A stretch of 63,884 nucleotides of DNA, filler included, from Octopus bimaculoides (lineage: Eukaryota): assembly GCF_001194135.2 (NCBI RefSeq). It is 9 parts of 6 records of this genome, joined end to end, with 100 filler letters (N's around TTAATTAATTAA, not from the genome) between each part and the next. Parts side by side here need not be neighbours in the genome. Positions count along the whole stretch, not along the records: positions 1 to 29,179 come from NC_068986.1; 8 more parts are not named here. One strand, given 5' to 3'. The position numbers were made by a program, and so were the translations under genes. Shown here piece by piece: positions 1 through 13,260 of the stretch. The notes below the pieces were generated by a model. The model had not been told where the DNA came from. It worked only from the letters and a program-made list of their open reading frames with translations, and made no database searches. The number at the start of each line of letters is the position of its first letter. The first letter of the stretch is position 1.

Positions 1-19
1 TATATATGTAATTATATAT

Positions 20-330
20 TCTTTTATTCTTTTACTTGGTTCAGTTATTTGACTGCGGCCATGCTGGAACACAACCTGTAGTCGAAAAAATTAACCCCAG
101 GACTTTGTAAACAAAATACTTTGTAAGCCAATTACTTATTATATCGGTCTCTCTTACTGCTAAGTGATGGATATGTAAACACACCAGCATCGGTTGTCAA
201 GCGATGGTGGTTGGACAAACACAGACAAAATTACATGCATACGCACATACACACATACACACACACAAACACACACACACACACACTCAGACATACATAC
301 ACACACGCACACACACACACACACACGCAC

Positions 331-365
<35 letters not shown>

Positions 366-520
366 CGTCGGGCTTCTTTGAGTTTCCACCTACCAAAGCC
401 ACTCAAATCTTTGGTTGGCCAGAGGCTATAGTAAAAGACACTTGCTCAGTATGCCACGCAGCTGGTCTCAACCCGGAACCATGTGGTTGGGAAGCTTCTT
501 AACACAGAGTCACTCCTACA
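20..520 (-). mobile_element. tRNA-derived SINE, family A, full length with internal (TA)n/(TG)n tract
   Basis: Reverse complement reads GGAGTGACTCTGTGTTAAGAAGCTT..GGTTCCGGGTTGAGACC (pol III A/B-box-like head), then GCAAGTGTCTTTTACTATAGCC, microsatellite, then ..CCAGCATGGCCGCAGTCAAATAACTGAACCAAGTAAAAGA; colinear with copies at 48360-48785 and 53465-53855. Confidence 0.85.
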
Positions 521-1146
521 CCTCAGCTCGAAAGTACACGATATCTGATTGATCGGAGTTGGTCTTGTAAATACCAATATGATTGTGCATCTTTTAAGTT
601 ATTTAAGTTATTTAAAGTGCATATGATTATAATTCTTGTTTCTCGAATTCTAAATACCTTCAGTATAACAATTTCTGGTGCTACCACAGCACAGTATGAA
701 ATGGGTATTGCTAACTGGATGTAACGTTTTACTTTCACTTTACGTGCTAGCTATATCCAAGATGAAAAATCGGTTGAAATATTATACAGATGGTCTCTAC
801 TCGTGTTTGGTGACGTGTAGCAACTCGTTAAAACCTGTATCGATATCCAAACTCTGAGAAAAAACAACTGTAATTTCAGAGGCTTTAGAAGGCTGAATTG
901 CCTGAGGAACTAATTGCTTTGACTCCCAATCTCTTCAAAGCTTTGGTGTCATGATCTCTTGTACTGAATAACGGAAAATTCGGTAGCGGCATTGGTTTCT
1001 GGAAAGGGGTTGTACAAACATCCACCATTGAGGAACCACTGTATAGCTGGAGAATGGTGTTTAAGAGCCCCAACGTCTATCAATTTAACTAATGAAACGT
1101 TTAAAGCCTGGCTAGTAAAATTCAACAAGTTAGCCCCATGTGTCAT

Positions 1147-1206
1147 GTATATATATATATATGTGTATATGAATGTGTGTATGTCTTTGTGTATGCATGT
1201 ATGTAT

Positions 1207-1288
<82 letters not shown>

Positions 1289-1312
1289 ATGTGTGTATGT
1301 GTGTGTGTATAA
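1147..1312. repeat. (TA)n/(TG)n compound microsatellite
   Basis: Seen directly; explains the YIYI/CVCV ORFs. Confidence 0.95.
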
Positions 1313-3679
1313 TATGTACATATACACATGTGTAGTTTATTTTTGCAGTCACACTAACTTACATATTTAAATGCATGTGTGTATTTATACTTATGTACGT
1401 ATGTGTATTGTTACAGAATGATTCGTGCTTATATACCATATGTAATGCACTTATGGGAATTTTCGAGTGACTTGTTTTAAAATCCCAGGATTGCGTGCCG
1501 TTACTGGGATTTGATGGCAAGAGAAACCCAGCTCTGTATATCAAACAGAACGTTATATAGTAATTTCATACATAAAGGAAACACTAAAATTGTAGTCCTA
1601 TGTGTTGATTTTTAATCTTACCCTGGTTTAGTATATAACTTTTAAAAAACTACATCGTTGCATAAATGTAATCATTTTACTCATCAAATCAAGATATGCA
1701 ATGATATACATGACATCTACGATAATGTTGTTGCAATCTGTTTTTCTTTTTCTTTTCTTTGTCCAAACATTGCGCGTGTATTAGAACACGGCTCACTAGA
1801 TACAAGATATGTGAACACACATTCTTGACATTGCCATATATATTCATAGATTTTGCAAATTGCAACTTCTCCTTCCAATGAATTCTTTAAATAAATTACA
1901 TTTTACTTTTTAATTTCTAAACTTCCTTTTCTATGTTCTTTTGACTGTTATTGTTTATATTTTTCTTGTCAGTTTCGCTGTTGTTGACATTATTTATATT
2001 GTCGTATATGTTGTTGTTGTCGATAGTCATGATAAAATAATTATTGTCTTTCCCTGATTGTTGTCTTCGACCTCACATGATCTTCATTGCTGAATATATT
2101 GTATTATTCCGCAAAAAATAAAAGTATCTATTTCTCACACTATCAGCATCATATCATTTGCCCGCACCACTACCGTCCTCGCTTGCTTTCACCGAAGAAG
2201 CCAAGTCCGATAACTGTGTCACAAACATAGTATCTTTAATCTCCTCGAACTTCCCAATCTTTACCACCTACCAATCCAATCCAATCCCAACATTAACCAC
2301 CATCACAACAAGACCAATTGAATCTTCATTGAAATTTCTAACATTGTTATCAATCATACAAAGTTTGTAATTACCTTCTATACTGCCGACACCGCGTATA
2401 TCTTTATCAAGAATAATAATCAATACCATCTACAGTATAATTTGAACCACGACCAAGACACTCAGAAAGTACAAAAAAACACTTAGAAATATGTAAATCT
2501 ACAACCACAGCTAAAATAACCAGATTAACATTATGAACAGCGATACCGTCATCTCCAAGATAGTCACATAAAATAAGTCTCATATATAGAAAGAAGAGGT
2601 TAGTAGATTAAGTCGACTCCAGCACTACACTCAGTCTTTACTTTATCTATCCTGAAAAAATAAAAGCAAAGTTGATCTCAGTGGTATTTAAAATCAGAAT
2701 GTGAAGAGCCGGAACAAATACTACAGAGCAATTTTTTACCGATAATCTAACTTGTATGACTAGCTACGAAACTAAACATAATGTTTGTTGGTTGTGAAGA
2801 ATCGCAGAGAATACTAAACGGCCCAAAATAATAACTCCCAGATTTTAACTTCATTTTTTCACATCTGTGTTCAAATCTTATCGGGGTTTAATGTCTTTCG
2901 TTCTACCTAGGGTTAAGATTTCAAACAACCAAATTGCATGTATAAATTTCATTTATTAATTATTCTGAAAATAATTTTTGTCATTACATTGTTTGAAATA
3001 AATAGTAATATTTTATTTTCGTTATTGTTTTAGACTAGTCATTCGCTTTACGGAGGTTGGTGAGTAAATATTTCCTAAATGACCGGACGGAGGTGTATGC
3101 ATGGCTGTTTTGTAAAGGAGTTAGCTTCTGGATTCAGTCCCATTCCGTGGCACCCTTAGTAGGTGAATCTACTATAGCTCCAGGGGCCATCTTATATGTA
3201 TATGTGTATGTGATTGGGAGCGTATGAGGTCTGTCGTTGCGCGTGCGCGTATGCGGTGTGTATATGTGTGTGTGCTTGTGTGTGCGTATGTGTGTGCGTA
3301 TGTGTGTGTGTCTGTGTCTGTGTGTATGTTTTGATGTGTTTGGTCTCTGAACTCTCTACCACATTCAAGAGGCCCCACAGCATCTTGCCTGCAGTTTAAC
3401 ATGAAATTCAATAGCTCTATGCTGGAGCGGCTATTTTAACACTTTTCTAAATTCTTCCTTTCTTTTCTTTATAAGCTACCTCAGAAACTTGCGTCGGTCG
3501 ACTCTCTCCTCTCAAAACTGATTGCTGTTGTTGTTTTTGTATATTTTGCCACATTTGATATTCCTGGCCAGTGGGTGTTTGTCTGTTTTTCATCCCGGAA
3601 AGTACTACTAGAATATCAATGTTCTTCATTGCCAGAGCAACCAACACCTCAACATACAGCTCATCATTACTTTCCATAT

Positions 3680-3965
3680 CTTCTTCTTCTTCTTCTTCTT
3701 CTTCTTCTTCTTCTTCTTCTTCTTCTTCTTCTTCTTCTTCTTCTTCTTCTTCTTCTTCTTCTTCTTCTTCTTCTTCTTCTTCTTCTTCTTCTTCTTCTTC
3801 TTCTTCTTCTTCTTCTTCTTCTTCTTCTTCACACCATTATCATCATCATCATCATCGTCGTCGTCGTCGATGTCGTCGTCGTCGTTGTCGTCGTCGTCGA
3901 TGTCGTCATCATCATCATCATCATCATCGTTACCATCGTCATCATCGTCGTCATCATCATCATCC
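3680..3965. repeat. Compound trinucleotide repeat (TCT)n then (TCA)n/(TCG)n
   Basis: About 150 bp of perfect TCT followed by CAT/CGT runs; source of the poly-S/L/K/D/H ORFs. Confidence 0.97.
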
Positions 3966-4864
3966 ACCTGATAATTTTTTTGTTTTGTTTTATTATTTGT
4001 TTCATTTGTTGCATTCATCTTGAAGTCATATTGTAAATAAAATTTATCAGTCGCAAACGTTATCAGAAGCTATAGTATGACTTATAATATTATTTAATAT
4101 AGGCGTGTTGAGGAAAGAAAAAAAAATGATGAATAGATATTTGTGTAAGAGAAGATTTTTACTTAACCGTATAGAAGTGTAACTATATATTTACTCTTTT
4201 CACTATAGATTCATAAGGAATTGTTTAAGTTTTAAAATAATAACACAGAGAAACATACTTCACTTAATATCCTTAAATATACACACACATATTTGACATA
4301 CATATTTATAACCGTTATATTAGTTTTTATTCAATTGCTTTTTTGTTTTGTTTTTTAAATGGTTATTGACGTTCACACTTAGATACAGAAACATATATTG
4401 ATTAATTCAGTCTGTTTAAGGATCTGAAACTTCTAATATGTAATTTTTTGTCCTGATTTACTCTGATGAGATTTTTAATGAAAATGTTTCCAAATTTCTA
4501 TAAATTTGTTGTTGGTTTTGAGTTTGAATCGAAACAATTGTTGGGATTATTAATATTATGTTAATAGATTAACATATGTCAGTTTAAACTCAGTATTTTT
4601 CTTTTATTATTTTGTATATTGTATATANNNNNNNNNNNNNNNNNNNNNNNNNNNNNNNNNNNNNNNNNNNNNNNNNNNNNNNNNNNNNNNNNNNNNNNNN
4701 NNNNNNNNNNNNNNNNNNNNNNNNNNNNNNNNNNNNNNNNNNNNNNNNNNNNNNNNNNNNNNNNNNNNNNNNNNNNNNNNNNNNNNNNNNNNNNNNNNNN
4801 NNNNNNNNNNNNNNNNNNNNNNNNNNNNNNNNNATATATATATCAAGTTCAGTAAAATGTATGT

Positions 4865-6024
4865 AACATTTTAACCATGAGGAATTTGTACCAAATTTTT
4901 GAAGATTCTTGAATTATTTTTAAAGATTTCTATTTTGAATCTGTCTGATAATACAGACGTAGGCTTGCCCAAATGCATCAATGAGTAAATATTGATATAT
5001 TTTTAACCCTTGTTGCCATAATCTGAATCGGAACTGTCAGAGCGTGATAGTCGAGCAAGTTTGCTGGTCAGCTTCAAAAAAGGACGTGAAGCAGCTGAAA
5101 CTGCTCGCGATATCATTGAAACGTTTGGTGAGGAAATGACCTGTGAGTGGTCAGCTGGAAAATGTTTTAAGCAATTTCGCAGTGGAGACCTGAGCTTTGA
5201 AGGTCGTGAGCGTAGTGGACTCACATCTGTCATCGATGACGGCCAATTAAAGAGTGTCATTGAAAAAGAACCACGTCAAACTTCTCGAGAACTGGCAAAA
5301 GAACTTCAAGTTAGCCAGAAAACTGCCTGTATCCATTTGCATGCGATTGGAAAATCAACAACAAAAAAAAAAAAAATAAAAAATAAAATAAACTCTACAA
5401 ATGGATACCATACGATTTGAATGAAAATCAGAAAATGCGTAGATATAAAATTTGCTCGTCGCTACTTCTTTGTAACCAGACCGATCCATTTCTCGACCGT
5501 ATTGTAACTTGCGATGGAAAGTGGATTCTGTACAATAACAGAAAACGTTCTTCGCAGTAGCTGGACCAAAATGAAGCACCGAAAACCTTCCCGAAACGCG
5601 AGATTTTCAAAAAGAATGTTATGGTGATTGTTTGGTGGTGTACTGCTGGACTCATCCACTATGATTTCTTAAAACCCGTATAAGCCATTCCTGCAGAAAC
5701 ATACTGCACTGAAATTGCCAAAATGAACGAAAAACTGCTACTCCTCTGTCCCAGACCAGTCAACAAAAGAGGGCCAGTCATTCTTCATGACGATGCTTGA
5801 CTACACGTTTCAGTAATGACACTCCAGAAGCTGAAGGAAATTGGCTACGAAGTTCTTCCCCACCCATTTCTCCTGCCGACTACCACTTATTCAAGCGCCT
5901 TGATAGTTTCCAACGAGAGAAGTTAAAAACGGAAACCGATGCTGAAAGTGCGTTCAAAGAGTTCATCAGCTCCAGAACTCCAGATTTTTATCTTACCGGA
6001 ATAAACAAACTTGTAACTCTTTGA
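4865..6024 (+). mobile_element. Mariner (Tc1/mariner, DD34D) DNA transposon, degenerate, 3' end missing
   Basis: Contains the transposase pseudogene below; about 150 bp of upstream leader; 5' TIR boundary approximate; no 3' TIR found. Confidence 0.85.
5022..6024 (+). pseudogene. Mariner transposase pseudogene (Mos1/SETMAR-like)
   Basis: Translates SFKKGREAAETARDI..FRSGDLSFEGRERSG..RQTSRELAKELQVS (HTH), KWIPYDL (WVPHEL-like), FLDRIVTCDGKWILY (D1), VILHDDA (D2), SPADYHLF (D3). Poly-A frameshift near 5365-5395 and several in-frame stops. Confidence 0.93.
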
Positions 6025-6028
6025 ACGA

Positions 6029-6480
6029 AAAATTGGAATTTTGCTAGAGCTGGCAGTTCCATGGGAAGAAAAAAACGCTAATGAACAGTAACGGGAGGAG
6101 AGGAGGTATGAGAGATTAATCGAAGAGTACGGGGAACAGGGGTGGACTGTCCAGTATTAACACCTGGCAGTGGGGGCTAGAGGCTTCATTGAAAGGAAAA
6201 TGGTGACGTTATTTAAAAGAACGTTTGCATTTTCGAGCTTAGAGCTGAGAACAGTAATATGAAGATACAAGAGGCAGTCGACAAAGCCAATTTCTACATA
6301 TGGCTGAAACGAGAAGAACCGAAATGTCTCGAAAGCCATGACATGCCGACTGTTTAGATAGCATCGCTAGGTGAGGAAATAACGTCGCTAGGTGGCTGGC
6401 ACTTTAACAGCGTTGCTTCTTGACAAGTGACCCAAGAGAACCATCTCGTTTACTGACGGCCCTCCTCCCCGATAGTATAC
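6029..6480 (+). mobile_element. 5'-truncated non-LTR retrotransposon 3' end with restriction-like endonuclease (HERO/R4-like)
   Basis: Frame from 6032: IGILLELAVPWEEKNANEQ*REERRYERLIEEYGEQGWTVQY*HLAVGARGFIERK..QEAVDKANFYIWLKRE, matching the RLE C-terminal pattern ELTVPWE..KY..L..GW...VEVG.RGF..W.W..R; then a 3' UTR ending at a (CA)n tract. Confidence 0.8.
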
Positions 6481-7639
6481 ACACACACATCTTTATCGTC
6501 TATCTTTTACTTGTTTGAGCCATTAGACTGCGGCCATACACACACACTCACACACAAAAACACTACACACATACACACATACACACACACACATATGCAT
6601 ATTATCATTATTGATAATTTAATTTGTTCCCATCTTGAAACACCCTACTCGCTATATTATTAATTATTTAATTTTGAGCATTTCCATCCGTCTCACGTAA
6701 GATCTTTTTCTGATCTTATCACACTTTAAGTTTTACATCTCACTACCACCCAACATTTAACGTAAATTATACCGTTATATTTAAAAAGAAACTGCTAGCC
6801 AATCAAATTTAAATATTCTTCCGTATATTTTGAATTATATCTCATAACATTATATTACTTGTACAATCAAGATTTTAATTCAATGTTTATCACAACTGTT
6901 CGACAAACGGGAACGTGAAACACTGAATCACAATTCTGTGATAAATTTGCGGCTTATTCAAATACACACAAACAAATACACACACACGTACACACACGCA
7001 CATATATAATACATACTTATATGTAGGAGTGGGTGTGAGTTTATGTGTGCATAATATGTATGTATATAAGGATGTATGTGTGTATGTGTGTATGTGTGTA
7101 TATGTATGCATATGTAATACTACAGAGAGGTTACAAAATAAACATATTCACACATATAAAATCAAATATACTTAAAACCACTCAAACATAAACAGAGACG
7201 TACATTTTTGCTTCCTCACTACCCCTTTCTACCCTTGATCTCATCATTATAAATAGTTCACTTTTCCTAGCTCGGCCACCGTCACTTTTGCGGTGTAACT
7301 TCCACGTATGGAACAAACTACGAGAATAGATGCGACAGGTTTTAATTAAAGACCAGCTTGGACGCTGGAGTTGTTTAATACAGCAATGAATTTCATGGAA
7401 ATCCCCTTGCCTCTTCGTTGGCGGTGAAATATTTGCTATTCCCCTAGGGATGCTATTTTTGTGGGAGGTTAATGGTAAAGGGTTTCTTGGTACCGAGGAC
7501 ACCGCTACGAAATGATATGGTGGAAGTAAATAAAATAAAGGAATGAAGAAATCAAATTAAACAAAATATATAACAGACGTTCGTATTGTGCTGGAAATTA
7601 TATGGACGGATATTGGGCGGCTGAGTGGTAGTGCTTTCG

Positions 7640-10600
7640 ATAGTGAGAAGTGTTAGAGGTGGCATTTATGGTGATGATGGTCATGATAGTAATCTATAGA
7701 GATGATGTTAGGGAAGGTGCGGTGTTGATGGTAGTGGTGGAGGTGGTGGTCGTGGTGATTGTGGTTCTGATAACTGTGGTAGTGATGGCAGTGATCATTC
7801 CAGCTCTTTGCTGAATATGGCGAACTGTATGACATTAATTTTGTTTTTTATTGTTGCTGTCGTTATTACTGATGGTGGGTATGGTGCAGGTAGTAGTGGT
7901 GGTGGTGGTGGTGGTGGTGGTGGTTGTGGTTGTGGTTTTGTAGTAGCATTAGTGGTAATGGTGGTGGTGATTTAGTGCTCAGTATGATAACAGAGGTGGG
8001 ACCTTTTGATGTTGCTGATAGTGTTTTGGCGGTAGGGATGGAGTTGGTGGTAGAGATGATGATGCCAGCGTGACAATAGTAATAGAAGTGGTAATGTATT
8101 TGTAGTAGTTTTTGGTAAGAGCAGTTCTGATAATAGTGTTAGCCTTTAGAAATAGTAATAGTTGCAGAGGCGGTGACGGTGGTGGCTGTGGTGACGACGG
8201 TGATGGCAGCGGAGACGGAGGTGGTGTTGGTTTTAGTGGTGGTATTAGTGGTGTTAGTAGTGGTGGTGGGGTGGTGGTCCTGGTGTCGGCTGTGGCAACA
8301 GCGATTCTGGCGATGGTGATATTAATAAGAACATGATAGTTATGGTAGTCGCAACAGCGAAGACGATATTCATGGTGATGAGGAACATAGTGATGATAAT
8401 GGCGATGAGAATGTTGTTGATGATGAGGAGGAGGAGGGGGAGGGGGAGGAGGAGGAGAGCATAATAATCATAACGGCCACGACGATGACGATGATGATAA
8501 TGATGAACATGCTCATGATGATGATGATGATGATGATGATGATGGTGATGGTGACGATCATGATGGTTTACGTTATGGATAATAGTATTGATTGTGATCA
8601 TGTTAGTGATGCTATATACGTGTGGACGGGTAGTAATGATAGCTGGGTGGAATAAGAAACGGAGAAGACACTTGTGGTACTGCTGATGATGGTAGTATTG
8701 GTGGTGGTGGTGGTGGTGGTGGTGGTGATGGTGGTTGCATTGGTATTAAAGATGGTGACGGTTGTACCAATGTCTCAAAAATATTAGATGTGATAGCACT
8801 GGCGGATGCAGTGGCAGTGATGAGTCGGCTGCTGAAGGTGAAGATGACAATAGCGATTGATTGAGAAAACGTGTGGGAGATATGATAGTGGTGGTGGCGG
8901 TGGTGGCACTGTTAGCGGCGGTGGTGGCCTTTGTGNNNNNNNNNNNNNNNNNNNNNNNNNNNNNNNNNNNNNNNNNNNNNNNNNNNNNNNNNNNNNNNNN
9001 NNNNNNNNNNNNNNNNNNNNNNNNNNNNNNNNNNNNNNNNNNNNNNNNNNNNNNNNNNNNNNNNNNNNNNNNNNNNNNNNNNNNNNNNNNNNNNNNNNNN
9101 NNNNNNNNNNNNNNNNNNNNNNNNNNNNNNNNNNNNNNNNNNNNNNNNNNNNNNNNNNNNNNNNNNNNNNNNNNNNNNNNNNNNNNNNNNNNNNNNNNNN
9201 NNNNNNNNNNNNNNNNNNNNNNNNNNNNNNNNNNNNNNNNNNNNNNNNNNNNNNNNNNNNNNNNNNNNNNNNNNNNNNNNNNNNNNNNNNNNNNNNNNNN
9301 NNNNNNNNNNNNNNNNNNNNNNNNNNNNNNNNNNNNNNNNNNNNNNNNNNNNNNNNNNNNNNNNNNNNNNNNNNNNNNNNNNNNNNNNNNNNNNNNNNNN
9401 NNNNNNNNNNNNNNNNNNNNNNNNNNNNNNNNNNNNNNNNNNNNNNNNNNNNNNNNNNNNNNNNNNNNNNNNNNNNNNNNNNNNNNNNNNNNNNNNNNNN
9501 NNNNNNNNNNNNNNNNNNNNNNNNNNNNNNNGGTGGTGGTGGTGGTGGTGGTGGTGGTGATGGTTGTGGTGGTGGTGGAGATGGTGCTACTTCATGCTTT
9601 TAGTGGCGGTGATGGTGGTGGTGGTGATGGTGGTGGTGTGGTGGAGGTGATGATGATGGTGATGATGGTGATGGTTGTGGTGGTGATGATGGTGATGGTG
9701 ATGATGATGGTTGTGGTGGTCATAGTTGTGATGGTGATGATGGTGGTGGCAATGGTGGTGGTTGTGATGGTGATGTTGATGGTGATGGATGTGGTAGTAA
9801 TGGCTGTGGTGGTGATGGTAGTGGTGCTGATGGTGAGATTTGTAGTGTGATGGCGGTGACAGTGGTAGTAATGGTGATGATCGAGATGATAATTGTGCTG
9901 GTGAAAATGGTGACTGTGGTGGTAGAGTTGGCGGTGGTGGTGGTAGTGGTGATGGTGGTGGTAGTGGTATTAGTAGCTCTGATAGCGGTGGCGATGGCAG
10001 TGGTGCCGCTTGTAGTGGTACTGGCGTTAAAAGTGATGGTGGAGCTATTGTTGTTGTTGGTGTTGTTGTAGTGGTTCGTGGTGCTGATGATGGTAGTGGG
10101 AATATTGGTAATAATGATGACATTGTTGATGTTTAACCATGCGTAAGACGTGATTGAGCAAGTACATATGGTATTCCAGCCATGACTATCCTATCGTATT
10201 TTCATCATCAGGCACAATGCATCTTGTACTGTATTATTTCAAGGTTCAAGGTTTAAAAAAATATGGATGGTATTTTTTTNNNNNNNNNNTTTTATTTATG
10301 TGTTTCAGCCAAGTGGCTGCGGTCATGCTGGTGCACCACCGTGAATGGTTATAATATGAGGTAAACTTGGTTGCTACTTCTAGCAACTTGAATTACGCAC
10401 GGATGGACTCCCTTGTTAGCTTTCCCTGTAAATGGTGTTGACATTTTTGGTGGTGATAGATGTGATGGCGCGGGGGTCCTGATGGTGGCTGTGGTGGTAT
10501 GGGTAGTGGTGGTAATTGTAGTGGGGAGTTAGTAGTAATGGTGGTTGTTGGATTGTGGTTCCTGTTGGAGGTATCGGTGGCAAGCTGGCAGAATCGTTAG

Positions 10601-11510
10601 CACGCCGGACAAAATGCTTAGCGGCATTTCGTCCGTCTTTACGTTTCGAGTTCTAATTCCACCGGGGTCGACTTTTACCTTACATCCTTTCGAGGTCGAT
10701 AAAATAAGTACAAGTTAAACACTAGGGTTGATGTAATCAACTAAACTAATCCCCTCCGCCAAAATTCCAGGCATTGTGCTTTTAGTACAAAAGAATATTA
10801 TTGGCGTTGTTCTTGTTGGTGGTAATGATGGCAATGGTGGTAGTGGTCATGTTATTAATGGGGCTAGAGATGTGTATGTTGTTTCGGTGTTCTTACTGCT
10901 TTTGTTGTTGTCCTTATTGTTGATGCCAGTGGTTGTGGTGATGGTGGTGGTGGTGGTGGTGGTGGTGGTGGTGATGGTTGTGGTGACCGTCGTCGTGTTT
11001 CTGTCCGTAAAGGCATTAATCGCAGTGGTCTGGATAATCGAAGGGACGTTACTGTTGTTGTTATATTGTTGTCGTTGTAAATGATGAAGTGGTGGTGGTT
11101 GTTATGGTGGCGGTGTTGGAGACGGTAAAGGTTGTTGTGTGGGATGATGTTACTGGTGGTTATGGTTATGGTGGTGGCGGTGTTGAATGCAGTGGTGGTG
11201 CTGGTGTTGGTTTTAATGGTAGTTATGGTGGTGGTGATGTTGTTCGTGGTTATAGTGATTTTAGTAGTGGTGTTAGTAGCGTTGTTGCAGTGGGTGGTAT
11301 TAGCGGGGATTGTGGTAGTAGTGGCGGTGGTTATGGTGGTTGTTGTTGTTAACGATGATGTTGGAAAGATGGCGATATTATTGGTGATACTGGCTACGAT
11401 TGCCGTCACTGCGATAACTATCGTGATCACTGTGACGACAAGGTGGTGGTTGTGGTATTGGTGGTGGAGCTGCTGCTGATGGTGGTGGTGGTGGTGCGGT
11501 TGGTGAGAAA
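7640..11510. repeat. About 3.9-kb degenerate (GGT/GAT/GTT)n low-complexity tract containing a gap
   Basis: Continuous cryptic GGT/GAT triplets; source of the poly-V/G/M/H/T ORFs. Confidence 0.9.
10575..10795 (+). mobile_element. tRNA-derived SINE, family B (central CCTTTCATCCTTTCGGGGTCGATAAAATAAGTACCAG-type core)
   Basis: GGCAAGCTGGCAGAATCGTTAGC head; CATCCTTTCGAGGTCGATAAAATAAGTAC core; matches copies at 19595, 52180, 54247, 54575, 54812, 56645. Confidence 0.85.
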
Positions 11511-11519
11511 GTACCGTTA

Positions 11520-11710
11520 GAAGCGTGGCCACGCCGCGGTGATGGAAGAAAACAACTCGACTATTCATTGCATTGGCGCGGCCTTCGCAGAAGAAACAAT
11601 TTGATTGGTCCAATCCCCGGAGAGCACCTGTCTGGTCTCCATATGATAAATAATATTTCGAATTCACTACGGGATTCTGGCAGAATTACTGACGTTAATG
11701 AAACGTCACA
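11520..11710. promoter_or_regulatory. Candidate cis-regulatory module (CpG-rich, three dyads, CCAAT boxes)
   Basis: GCGTGGCCACGC palindrome 11523-11534; ATTGG 11572-11576; GATTGG-T-CCAATC 11603-11615; TGACGTT-N5-AACGTCA 11690-11708. Confidence 0.3.
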
Positions 11711-11779
11711 GAAGTGGTAATAGATGGATTTCTTATGAAAATCTTTCCCCGCTTTCTTCGACACACCCTCCTACGCATC

Positions 11780-13260
11780 AGATTGTTTTCTTTTTGTTTT
11801 TAACCTTGTTCCATGTTTCTCATCAGTGATCTAGCCAGTCCTCTCAATATGGTTGTCTTATGATTTTCTCTCCTCCCCCATTCTCTTTATCTCTATCTCT
11901 CCTTTTTCTCTCCTTTTTACTCTGTCTCTGCATATGTCTCTTTTCTGCTCTCACTAACTCTATTCCGTTGCCTTCATATTCTCTCACATGTTTTATCTGG
12001 CTCTATATTTCTCATCAGTCATCTATCAACTTGCTTTAATCTCCGTTTTTCCTTGATCTCTCTCTCTCACTGCAATGCACAGATTCTTTCTTCCTCACCC
12101 TGATACAATTCCCAACTCCCTTCTCACTGTCTTTCTATTTCTCATTTCAATACACACAAAGTGTCTTTCTCTCTCTTTCTCCCTTAACATGTATACCCTT
12201 CTATATTCACAACCCTTATTTTATTATATCACATCTCACCCTATTACACTCATTTCATTTACGATCTAATACTCAATGTCTCTTCGGATCTATTTCTCTC
12301 TCACTCTCTTTCTCTTTCTCTCTCTCATTCATTCTCTTTCTCTCCCACACACAAACAAACAAACGCACACACACTTACTCACTCTTTCTCCTATTTCACC
12401 CAATCTCTAATTCTCTCTCTCAAAACTCTCAGTTTCTATCTCTCGTTATTTTTATCCATCTGTATTCGAGAATCTTTGGATTTTCTTTATCTTCATTCGT
12501 TTATTCATATATTTCATTGTTATTGTCTCTATTTTAACCGTTATTCTTTTTATTACACCTGTATTCATAGTTTGTTACCAACAACATCCTAACCTTTACT
12601 CTCTGTGTTTCACTAGTTGACGTTCTACCTATCAATTTGCCAGTATTCCTGCCTAGCTTTCTACCAGTCTTTGTTCATACATTGCTTCCTATTCATACAT
12701 CTGTCCTATCCACACCTGTTTCAGCCATACTTTTGTCTTTGTCCATTCATTAGACTGTCCATAGGTCTGTCTTTGTCCATACCTCTGTACCTTTTCCTAC
12801 ACCCGTCACTGATAATACCTATGTTCATCTCCATACCTCTGTACCTGTCTATACATTAATCTCCACAAACTCGCTGCATTTATCTTCTGACATCTCTAAA
12901 CTTCATCTTAACACTTTATCGCTCCTACGTTTCATCACTATCCTAATATTCGATTTCTTTTATTTACCTCCCCTTTCCTTGTTTATTTCTACCTCTATAT
13001 TTGCATCTAATTATGCCACACATCACACCACTAAGCTAAATGTTCTCACTGTTTCTCTCTTGAGGTATCTACCTTTTCTCAAATATCATTCTGCCTCCTC
13101 TTTTAATCAGTATTTCCCCCTATCTCACTTTTCCTATAATTGTTTTGAATCAAATATTTCTCTAATCAGTGAACTCATGTTCCAAGACATTCCAGCGGTA
13201 AGCACCCAGCCATCTGTTGCAGGTTTGTGTTATTAAAATTGGCCTTTCACTTTTATCTTT
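11780..13260. repeat. Pyrimidine-rich (CT-biased) low-complexity tract
   Basis: Plus strand strongly C/T-biased with degenerate (CT)n and (TATC)n. Confidence 0.75.

Noticed and set aside
885-1140. Overlapping open frames on both strands (..TKALKRLGVKAISSSG; ..[15 protein letters not shown])
   Set aside because: No recognisable family motif and no consistent splice-site pair; could not choose a frame.
4462-4495. CTGATGAG-ATT-TTT-AAT-GAAA-ATGT-TT
   Set aside because: Stem II is only 3 A-U pairs and there is no stem I pairing; chance in AT-rich DNA.
7271-7338. Possible exon after a strong acceptor encoding HFCGVTSTYGTNYENRC (Kazal-like)
   Set aside because: Spacing differs from Kazal CG.DG.TY.N.C by four residues and the donor (GTTTTA) is weak; likely chance.
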